From positions 34,470-98,469 of the IMG/VR virus record IMGVR_UViG_3300046463_000520: DNA of 64,000 bases. One strand, written 5' to 3'. Under the pieces are notes generated by a model. It saw nothing but the letters and a program-made list of their open reading frames with translations, was not told where the DNA came from and ran no database searches. The translations under genes and the position numbers were made by a program. The stretch is from a virus. Shown here piece by piece: positions 1-6,820 of this stretch; the stretch's first letter is position 1; the number at the start of each line of letters is the position of its first letter.

Positions 1-1
1 C

Positions 2-55
2 AACGAGCCGCGCCCGCACAACGTTTCCATCGGCGCGTTCCTGCGCGTCATCTAA
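2..55 (+). CDS. 3' end of tail fibre gene (partial)
   Basis: Reads NEPRPHNVSIGAFLRVI*, like the ExRPxN C-terminus of tail-collar fibres; followed by a fibre chaperone gene. Confidence 0.6.
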   Translation, partial: NEPRPHNVSIGAFLRVI

Positions 56-66
56 GGACTTCCACC

Positions 67-822
67 ATGTACGTTCATAACTACGACGCTCGCACTGGCG
101 AATACACGACGAGCCAACTCGCCTCGCCCGACCCGCTCGACGCGAACAACTGGCTGATTCCCGCCTTCGCGACGAACGTCACGCCGCCCGAACGCCCGCG
201 CGGTCAGTGGCCCTTCTTCGACCCCGCCATCGGTGCGTGGACGCTGCGTGCCGACTGGCGTTCCATCGTGCTCTATCGCACGGACAACGGCGAACTGACG
301 GAAATTTTCGCGGTCGGCGTGACGCCTGAAGAAGTCGGACTGACGACGGACCCGCGCCCGACGGAAGACCACGTATTCAAAGACGGCGCATGGCAACTGG
401 ACGATGCCAAGGTGCTCGCGCGCCGCCGCGCCGGTTTCATGGAACAGGTCGATATCCGCATGAAACGCGCGCAGCAAGAGAACTACGGCAAGGGCGACGC
501 GCTCACGCTCGGACTGCTCACGCCGCTCGAAGCCGCCATGTACCGCGCGTGGAGCGAGTATCAGATGGCGCTCGTGCGCCTGACGCAAAACGCCGACTTC
601 ACGCGCGAGATTCAATGGCCTGACCTGCCGGACGCGGACGCCGTGCGCGCCGCCGTGGACGCCGAAGAAGCCGACAAGCAACGCCTGAAGGACGAGGAAG
701 CCGCGCGCGCCGCCGCGCTCGCCGCGCAGGAAGAAGAACGCGCCGCTGCCATCGCGCGCAATGACGCGCTTGTGGCCGAACAGGAAGCGGCGAAGGCCGC
801 AGAACAGGCCGCGAAGGAATAA
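67..822 (+). CDS. Tail fibre assembly chaperone (Tfa-like)
   Basis: N-terminal YNYD..TGEY...LIPAFAT..PP and C-terminal W..Y..AL....IQWPDLP are typical of Tfa; Ala/Glu-rich tail. Confidence 0.8.
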   Translation: MYVHNYDARTGEYTTSQLASPDPLDANNWLIPAFATNVTPPERPRGQWPFFDPAIGAWTLRADWRSIVLYRTDNGELTEIFAVGVTPEEVGLTTDPRPTEDHVFKDGAWQLDDAKVLARRRAGFMEQVDIRMKRAQQENYGKGDALTLGLLTPLEAAMYRAWSEYQMALVRLTQNADFTREIQWPDLPDADAVRAAVDAEEADKQRLKDEEAARAAALAAQEEERAAAIARNDALVAEQEAAKAAEQAAKE

Positions 823-825
823 GCG

Positions 826-1143
826 ATGCCCGCCGAAACCGCAACCGCCGCATTCGTGCGGGCTATCCGCAAGTTCGCCGTTCAGACGCCCGTATGGGCG
901 GATGCGATTCGCTATTACACGAAGCCCGACGAGCTACTTGATTTAACGCTCGTCGCGTTCCGGGTCTATGGCGACCGCACGCTGTCTATCGTGCCGTTCG
1001 CGGCGGCGGGACTCGACACGTTCGAACAGGCGCTTCCGGCGCAACTGCTCGTCATGCCGACGACCGCGCAACTGGCGGACCTGAAGAAGCAAACCGGCTA
1101 TCTCACTGACGCGGAAAAAGCCGCGTATGGGTCACTCGACTAA
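826..1143 (+). CDS. Baseplate/tail protein (LysM/tail-X-like, P1 gp26-like)
   Basis: YYTKPDE..DLTLVAFRVYG pattern; position ahead of the gp25/gp7-like genes. Confidence 0.55.
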   Translation: MPAETATAAFVRAIRKFAVQTPVWADAIRYYTKPDELLDLTLVAFRVYGDRTLSIVPFAAAGLDTFEQALPAQLLVMPTTAQLADLKKQTGYLTDAEKAAYGSLD

Positions 1144-2255
1144 TGGCAACGTCACACGAGCGGGTCAAGCTCGCGCAGGATATCGTCAAGCGCACGACGC
1201 AGCGCTTGAGCGGCGCGCGCAAGGAAGCGGAACACCGCGCGCAGGCGGACCTAGACCGCCGCAAGGCCGCGACCACGATCCTCAACCCCGACGAAGTATC
1301 GGGGCTGTATGACGCGGGGCGACTGCTTACGACGTCGCTGCGTGGCGACGTGCGCGCGATCACGCAGGCGGACCTGCGCGCGTTCCAGCAAAACGTCTCG
1401 AACTTCAAAAAGCTGCATCAGACGAAAAAGCGCGGCAAGCCCGCGCAGTTCGTCGGCGGCATCACCGCGCAGCATGTCATCGACTTGGCGCTGTGGATTG
1501 ATAAGAAGCGCGCCAACGAGGAAATCCGCACGTCGGTCCCGGTCGGCGTGAAGGCGAACGTGCTTCACTTCGTCACCAATGCCGGGCCGGACTCGGACAA
1601 GATGCGTCACCATGTCCACGTCGAATTCATCGACTTCGAACAGGCGGTCGGCGCGTCATCGCTCGATGCGCGCAAGACGGGCAAGCAAATCGCCAATGGG
1701 CGGCTGAAGTTCGATTGCGACTGCGGGCGGCATACCTTCTGGTATCGCTACATGGCGACCATCGGCGAATACAACTACGGGCGGTCTGAAACCGGCTTTC
1801 CGAAGCTGAAAAATCCGAAGCTCGTCGGCGTCGCGTGCAAGCATGTTCTGCGCACGATGCACAACATTCAGAAGGACGCCGCGATCCACAAGCGGCTCTA
1901 TCAGCAAGTTCTGAAGCAACGCGAAACGCTCGACCGCAACGCCGCGAAGTATGAGAAGGTCAAGGTCGCGGAAGTGCGCGCGCACGGCGAGAAGCAAGCC
2001 GCTCGCGGGCGCTCGGCAAACCTTCGCATGGGTCAGTCGAAAGAGTACGCGGCGGCGCAACTGAAGAAGGCCGCGCAGACGATGGCGCGGCGCGCGGCAG
2101 ACAAGGCCCGGCGCGACCTGTCGCCCGACCAACGCCGCGCGCAGGCGGACGCGCGCAAGGCGCTCGCGGGCTTGCAACAGGCTTTGAAATTCGGCGGTAT
2201 CACGCAGGCGCAATATGACGCGCTCGCCGCCAACCTTGGAGTAAAGACGAAATGA
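1143..2255 (+). CDS. Tail morphogenesis protein with SWIM-like Zn finger (P1 gp25-like)
   Basis: CDCGRH...ACKH motif; translationally coupled to neighbours. Confidence 0.6.
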   Translation: MATSHERVKLAQDIVKRTTQRLSGARKEAEHRAQADLDRRKAATTILNPDEVSGLYDAGRLLTTSLRGDVRAITQADLRAFQQNVSNFKKLHQTKKRGKPAQFVGGITAQHVIDLALWIDKKRANEEIRTSVPVGVKANVLHFVTNAGPDSDKMRHHVHVEFIDFEQAVGASSLDARKTGKQIANGRLKFDCDCGRHTFWYRYMATIGEYNYGRSETGFPKLKNPKLVGVACKHVLRTMHNIQKDAAIHKRLYQQVLKQRETLDRNAAKYEKVKVAEVRAHGEKQAARGRSANLRMGQSKEYAAAQLKKAAQTMARRAADKARRDLSPDQRRAQADARKALAGLQQALKFGGITQAQYDALAANLGVKTK

Positions 2256-2737
2256 CGGTTCCCGATATCGCCCGGCGCATCAACGAAGCGGCGAACGCTG
2301 TGACGCTCAAGCATCCGTTCGCGCTCGATTGCACGATCTATCGCAAGGTCGTGAAGCGCGCCGCCGACGGCACAATGGGCGGTGCGCCCACGCTTGGCGG
2401 CTTGGGCGTGCTTTCGCCTGACGACGAAGACCAATTCGAGTATGAGGAAGTCGGGGAAGCGAAGCTGCTGATTACGGACCGCTTCGAAGGCGACATTGAT
2501 ACGACGGACCGGGAAGACGGCTATGTGCCGCCCGCGATGCAACAGGCCAATATCGTCGCGACGTCGCTCCCGGCCTTCGTGATTGAGAAATACGACGTCG
2601 CGGCGGCGATGCCGGGCGGCGGGGTCGTCATCGCATTTGAAATCCTGCGCCTGCCGACGACGACGAGCATCTATCCCTACACGACGAAGTTTGTCATCGC
2701 ACCGCGCGACGACCTGCACACGCTCATTCCGGCGTGA
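2252..2737 (+). CDS. Putative head-tail connector (P1 gp7-like)
   Basis: ATGA overlap, last gene of structural operon; synteny with P1 26-25-7. Confidence 0.45.
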   Translation: MTVPDIARRINEAANAVTLKHPFALDCTIYRKVVKRAADGTMGGAPTLGGLGVLSPDDEDQFEYEEVGEAKLLITDRFEGDIDTTDREDGYVPPAMQQANIVATSLPAFVIEKYDVAAAMPGGGVVIAFEILRLPTTTSIYPYTTKFVIAPRDDLHTLIPA

Positions 2738-3038
2738 CTGCCGCGCTGCCTGTCGGGTTCCGCAGCAAGCCGAAGTCGGCACCCTTGCGAATGACCTGCG
2801 GGCGAAAGCGCGGCGGCACGTCGCGCAGGTCGAAGGCTTCCGGCACGACGAGCACGCTGCCCGCCTCCAAGTCGCAACCGTGGGCGACGGCGAACGCCTG
2901 AAACTGCGCCTCCCAATCGACCATCATCTTATTGACCTGCGCGATGGACTTCTGAAACTGTTCGATGGTCGGCGTCTTCACGTTCTCGTGTGCGCCGACG
3001 GTCGCGGTTGCGCCCGCGAAGGTGTTATGCCGCAGCAT
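2724..3038 (-). CDS. Hypothetical small early protein
   Basis: Overlaps the 3025 gene; last gene of the leftward early cluster. Confidence 0.6.
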   Translation of the reverse strand: MLRHNTFAGATATVGAHENVKTPTIEQFQKSIAQVNKMMVDWEAQFQAFAVAHGCDLEAGSVLVVPEAFDLRDVPPRFRPQVIRKGADFGLLRNPTGSAAVTPE

Positions 3039-3318
3039 TCTGTTCCTCCAAAATCGCTTTCTTCAACATGCCGTGTTTGCGCTCGCTCATGCCCTGCGCC
3101 TGCGCGACCCATACGAGTGCCTCGCTCACAATCGCGGCGACGTCGGCGCGCTCGCCTGCTTTTTCCTGCTGTTCGAGCATGAACCGCAGGGCCGCGTTCG
3201 CCTCGGGCGAAAGCCATGCGGTCAGGCGCGATTCGCCGCGCGCCTTGCGGTCGGCATCGCTTTTCTGCCGCCGCTGTAGCGGCGTCATCGCTTCGTCGTA
3301 AATTCTCTGTCGCGACAT
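3025..3318 (-). CDS. Ribbon-helix-helix DNA-binding protein (Aca10-like architecture)
   Basis: Basic helix, then RLTAWLSPEANAALRFML...VAAIVSEAL, an RHH pattern. Confidence 0.55.
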   Translation of the reverse strand: MSRQRIYDEAMTPLQRRQKSDADRKARGESRLTAWLSPEANAALRFMLEQQEKAGERADVAAIVSEALVWVAQAQGMSERKHGMLKKAILEEQNAAA

Positions 3319-3327
3319 GATCGTTCC

Positions 3328-3681
3328 TTAGAGCGGGGACGGCGAAAGGTCCGTCTCCCGATATTCTGCCGCCTGAAATACGACATTCACCACGGCGTTA
3401 TTCTGCGCGTCGTAATAACCGAAGTACGCGAGATAACCCTCCTTCGTGCGCACCTTGTCGCCGTTCTCGAAGCGGCGCGCAACCGGCTCGACGCCATCGG
3501 GCGCGGGCGCTTCCTCGCTCGGCTTGAACTGCCCGCCGAACTGCGCGAACTTGGTGGCGAAGTGCGCCTGCTCGACCTTCTGAAGCAGGCGTTCCAGCTT
3601 GTATTCGAGCGCGGCGAAATCCGTCGCGCCGTCGCACGCCGCCTGTAGTTCGCGCTCGATGGTGTCGAAATGTTGCTGCAT
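3328..3681 (-). CDS. Hypothetical protein with C-terminal KOW/SH3-like segment
   Basis: FENGDKVRTKEG motif; start at 3681 abuts the upstream stop (start uncertain). Confidence 0.55.
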   Translation of the reverse strand: MQQHFDTIERELQAACDGATDFAALEYKLERLLQKVEQAHFATKFAQFGGQFKPSEEAPAPDGVEPVARRFENGDKVRTKEGYLAYFGYYDAQNNAVVNVVFQAAEYRETDLSPSPL

Positions 3682-3682
3682 G

Positions 3683-4027
3683 TCAGTTCGGTCCGTCGTC
3701 GTAGTCATCGGGATACATGCCGCCACGCGCGGGCGTATTCTCGTCCGGCAGGTGCGACACGCTGTTATGCGCGCTGCGATGGTTCGTGTCGCCGCCGATT
3801 TCCGGCCATATCTCGCGCGCTTCTTCTTCCGAGTCGAAGCCGTCGATGTACTGTTTCATCGTCTGCCCGGCGAGCACGCTCGATTCCGGGTATTCGCCCC
3901 AACCGTACACGGCATAGTGGCGCTCGCCCTTGCACTCGATGGTGAAGCCGCCCGTATAGCGCGTCGCGGCTTGTGCGCGGTGACGGGCGGCGCGTTCGCG
4001 GGCTTCCAGCTTTTGCTGTTCGTTCAT
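3683..4027 (-). CDS. Acidic hypothetical protein
   Basis: RBS AAGGGAGAG; D/E-rich; YPESSVLAGQ core. Confidence 0.65.
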   Translation of the reverse strand: MNEQQKLEARERAARHRAQAATRYTGGFTIECKGERHYAVYGWGEYPESSVLAGQTMKQYIDGFDSEEEAREIWPEIGGDTNHRSAHNSVSHLPDENTPARGGMYPDDYDDGPN

Positions 4028-4200
4028 TTCGTCTCTCCCTTCGGCCAGTTTGCATTGGGCGCGAGCACGGTGCGGAATTTCGGCTCGAATGCTGCGCGCG
4101 GGGTTACGGTCACGGTACTTTTGGCGGAAGTCTTCGCTGCCGCGAGCATTGTCTTGTGGCGCTTCACAATCGAAAGCGATTCAGTCTTACGGGGCAATGC

Positions 4201-4581
4201 TTATCTCCAAGCTATGAGGGTGTCAGGGGCGAACAGACCAAGCCCGCGATGCAGGTCAAGCCCGACGTGCCGCTGCTCGTCGTTCCACTTCCCGGCCTTG
4301 TTCAACGCCCGCCGGTCAATCATCACGTCATGCACGGCGACGAACGGTTCCATACCCATTTCGAGCGCGTCGAGCGCGATCAGGTGCGGCTCGCGCCCGG
4401 CGTCGATATGTGCGCCCGCTTCGGTGTCGCCGCCCACGCCCGCGCCGACGGCGTGATACTGCACGGCGCTCGTCAGGCGAATGTTCGGATACGTGGCGAG
4501 AACCTTCGCTCGGTCCGCTTCGCGCGCGGCGCGCACCTTCGCGGCGAGACTGCGCGCGGCATTGATCTGTTCGAAATTCAT
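4201..4581 (-). CDS. Hypothetical protein, paralog of 4591-4857
   Basis: RBS AAGGAG; shares GRxPxL and DTLxAWR with its neighbour. Confidence 0.65.
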   Translation of the reverse strand: MNFEQINAARSLAAKVRAAREADRAKVLATYPNIRLTSAVQYHAVGAGVGGDTEAGAHIDAGREPHLIALDALEMGMEPFVAVHDVMIDRRALNKAGKWNDEQRHVGLDLHRGLGLFAPDTLIAWR

Positions 4582-4590
4582 GTCGGCTCC

Positions 4591-4857
4591 TTAGCGCCAA
4601 GCAACGAGGGTATCAGCGGCGAGTGTGTCGATGGACTCGGGCAACGAATGGAACGGCCATACGCCTTCGCGAATCGATTCGAGCGACACGAGATACGGCG
4701 CGCGACCGGCGACCACGTAGGCGCGCACCGTCGGGCCGTTCTTACGCAGGTCGGCGACCGTCGTCAGGTGCAGATTGCCGTACACCGACAGGACTTCGGC
4801 GCGGCCTGCTTCGCGTGCGACTTCGACGTTCAGTTCGTTGTTCGTTTGCAGTTCCAT
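4591..4857 (-). CDS. Hypothetical protein, paralog of 4201-4581
   Basis: Ends DTLVAWR; shares GRAPYLVSL. Confidence 0.65.
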   Translation of the reverse strand: MELQTNNELNVEVAREAGRAEVLSVYGNLHLTTVADLRKNGPTVRAYVVAGRAPYLVSLESIREGVWPFHSLPESIDTLAADTLVAWR

Positions 4858-4878
4858 GATTGACCCCGGATGGTTGAG

Positions 4879-5100
4879 TTATTTGCGTTTTGCGGCGTGC
4901 TGGTCGCGCCTGTCTTGCCATTCTTGAATCCAGCGTTCGAGCGTCAATTCGTTGAGCGTGTACACATACACGCTGTCGAAATCCCATTCGTCCGCTTCAC
5001 CTTCGGCGAAGTAGAAATACCCTTCGCCTTTGATAAGCTGCGCGGAACCGCCCCGCGCCGCTATCTCTTTGTTGACCCGCTTGAGCGTCAGGCGCGTCAT
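4879..5100 (-). CDS. Small hypothetical protein (73 aa)
   Basis: MTRLTLKRV...GEGYFYF; start 2 nt after the upstream stop. Confidence 0.6.
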   Translation of the reverse strand: MTRLTLKRVNKEIAARGGSAQLIKGEGYFYFAEGEADEWDFDSVYVYTLNELTLERWIQEWQDRRDQHAAKRK

Positions 5101-5102
5101 GG

Positions 5103-5666
5103 TCAGAATCCGAAGCGTTCGGCGCAAATCGGGCCGATGTTGTTCGCGATGCTCACCGGGTCCGTCAACTCGCGACCGCAGCAAGAGCAACGGCCCGTTT
5201 CCTGACCGTAGGCTTCAGCGGCCTTCTTCGGGTCTGTGCAGACTTCGATAATCGCGGCCTTCTGTTCGTCCGTGCATTCGCGCGTCGCGATGAACTTGCC
5301 GTCGGCGATTTTGCCAAGGTACTCGCCTTCTTCGGTCACGTAGATTGCGCCTGCGTTACGACCGCCTTCCGGCGCGAGTTTGAACACGAAATCGCCAAGG
5401 TACATTTTCGGGCGCTTCAGGCCGCTCGCCACGGCGCGCGAGAAGGCTTCAACGACGTGCGACACGCCCGACACATCCGCCGCCGCGACCGTGCGCGCCA
5501 CGCGCTCCGCGTCGCGTGCAATCGCCTTCTGAACGCCCGCAAACATGTTCTCCGTGAGCACGCCCGACTTCAGAAGCATCCGGTCGCACGACAGGGCGAA
5601 ATCGTTGCCCTTCGCCACGTTCGCGAGAATCCACTTGACTTCAGGTGCGTTCGAACGAAGTTTCAT
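5103..5666 (-). CDS. DUF6011-like Zn-finger protein
   Basis: C-terminal GRCSCCGRELTDPVSIANNIGPIC; RBS GGAG. Confidence 0.7.
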   Translation of the reverse strand: MKLRSNAPEVKWILANVAKGNDFALSCDRMLLKSGVLTENMFAGVQKAIARDAERVARTVAAADVSGVSHVVEAFSRAVASGLKRPKMYLGDFVFKLAPEGGRNAGAIYVTEEGEYLGKIADGKFIATRECTDEQKAAIIEVCTDPKKAAEAYGQETGRCSCCGRELTDPVSIANNIGPICAERFGF

Positions 5667-5701
5667 GTCGTGCTCCGTGGTGGTTCGTGTGTGTGAGCCT
5701 C

Positions 5702-5733
5702 AATAGTATGCGCTCACGAATGAAACCGCAAGC
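5702..5733 (-). promoter_or_regulatory. Early promoter/operator box, copy A
   Basis: TTGCGG-TTTCATTCGTGAGCGCA(17)-TACTAT; one of four near-identical copies. Confidence 0.85.
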
Positions 5734-5751
5734 ATTCGTTTGTGCGGTTGA

Positions 5752-6033
5752 TTACGCTCCCGGCAGCGTGGCCCGGATACCCCATGCGGCGGGCGTGTTG
5801 TCGCCGGTCGTCCAACCCTGTTCGGCCAAGTGGCGCGCGGTGAGCCGGTTCGCGTAGCAGGCGTACCAGAAGTACGACAGGCCGCACGTCGGGAAGTACA
5901 GAAGGACGAACAGAAGGACATGCTTCCAAAGGCCGCGAGCGATCAGCGGCAAACCGCCGAAAAAGAACATCGTCCACGAAAACCCGATTTTGACTTCGCG
6001 CGTAATGCTGTTCTTCTGAAAACGTACATTCAT
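5752..6033 (-). CDS. HrgC/DUF2628-like small membrane protein
   Basis: KIGFSWTMFFFGGLP...L..QGW signature, with hydrophobic segments. Confidence 0.65.
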   Translation of the reverse strand: MNVRFQKNSITREVKIGFSWTMFFFGGLPLIARGLWKHVLLFVLLYFPTCGLSYFWYACYANRLTARHLAEQGWTTGDNTPAAWGIRATLPGA

Positions 6034-6095
6034 GGTCAACCCCGTTAGGTAGTGGTGATACTGCTGATAGTGCCCGGCTCCCGCCGTGCGGATTC

Positions 6096-6332
6096 TTATT
6101 CCCAATCTTTCATCATTTGTTCGGCGTGCTCGATGGCATCCGCCCACGTCCGAATGACGGTGAGCGGCCATGTCGCCCGCTGAAAGTCGCCGCTCGTCTG
6201 CCCGTTGTAGCCTTGCGCGAAAAAGAACGTGCGCTTCTTCGAGTCGCGGATGATCTTTACCCAAAAGCGACGACCGCGAACGTAGTCCGTCGTCTGGTAT
6301 CCCTGCGTGGTCCGTTCCGGTCGCTTCGCCAT
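6096..6332 (-). CDS. Hypothetical protein (78 aa)
   Basis: Open frame in the early cluster, RBS AGGGG. Confidence 0.5.
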   Translation of the reverse strand: MAKRPERTTQGYQTTDYVRGRRFWVKIIRDSKKRTFFFAQGYNGQTSGDFQRATWPLTVIRTWADAIEHAEQMMKDWE

Positions 6333-6352
6333 GCTTCGCCCCTGCGCGCTGG

Positions 6353-6445
6353 TTAAAACAGGTTGAACCACTCCGCGACGAAGTACCCGATGCCCGCCGC
6401 GATGGAAACAGAAAGCCACGCCAAGCCGATCATTTTGTTGCTCAT
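6353..6445 (-). CDS. 30-aa membrane peptide (not in ORF track)
   Basis: MSNKMIGLAWLSVSIAAGIGYFVAEWFNLF*, RBS GGAG. Confidence 0.45.
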   Translation of the reverse strand: MSNKMIGLAWLSVSIAAGIGYFVAEWFNLF

Positions 6446-6488
6446 TTTTGACTCCGGTAGTTGGCCCGGCTTGCGCCGGGCGGGTTCC

Positions 6489-6695
6489 TTACTGCTTTTT
6501 GATGAAATCGAGCACTTCGGCGAACGTCATGCGCTGACGCGACGCCAGAATTTGATCCGAGCCGGGATTGTGCTTCGTCACGTTGAACGAGTCACCGCGC
6601 AGGCGGCGCACGCAGAACACGAACGCGCCGTGCTTGACCGACGTTTCGTTGCCAGTGATTTCCTTCGCGTTCAGGGTTTCGAGCGTTTTGTACAT
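6489..6695 (-). CDS. Hypothetical protein, first gene after early promoter B
   Basis: RBS AAGGAG; followed by a GCCCGGC hairpin. Confidence 0.65.
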   Translation of the reverse strand: MYKTLETLNAKEITGNETSVKHGAFVFCVRRLRGDSFNVTKHNPGSDQILASRQRMTFAEVLDFIKKQ

Positions 6696-6728
6696 CGCGT
6701 TTCTCCTTGGAAGTGATTCGTTACCGTG

Positions 6729-6761
6729 AATAGTATGCGCTCACGAATGAAAGCGCAAGCA
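6729..6761 (-). promoter_or_regulatory. Early promoter/operator box, copy B
   Basis: TTGCGC-TTTCATTCGTGAGCGCA-TACTAT. Confidence 0.85.
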
Positions 6762-6770
6762 CGGATTGCA

Positions 6771-6813
6771 TAGGAAAACGCACGCCGCCGCACACAAGGC
6801 CGGGCCTGACAAT
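6771..6813 (+). promoter_or_regulatory. Late promoter L1 (darA operon)
   Basis: TAGGAAAACG-N27-GACAAT; ATG lies 7 nt downstream (possibly leaderless). Confidence 0.75.
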
Positions 6814-6820
6814 CGAAGGC

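Noticed and set aside
1-826. Invertible tail-fibre segment or diversity-generating retroelement
   Set aside because: No invertase, reverse transcriptase or TR/VR pair visible in this window; upstream sequence is unavailable
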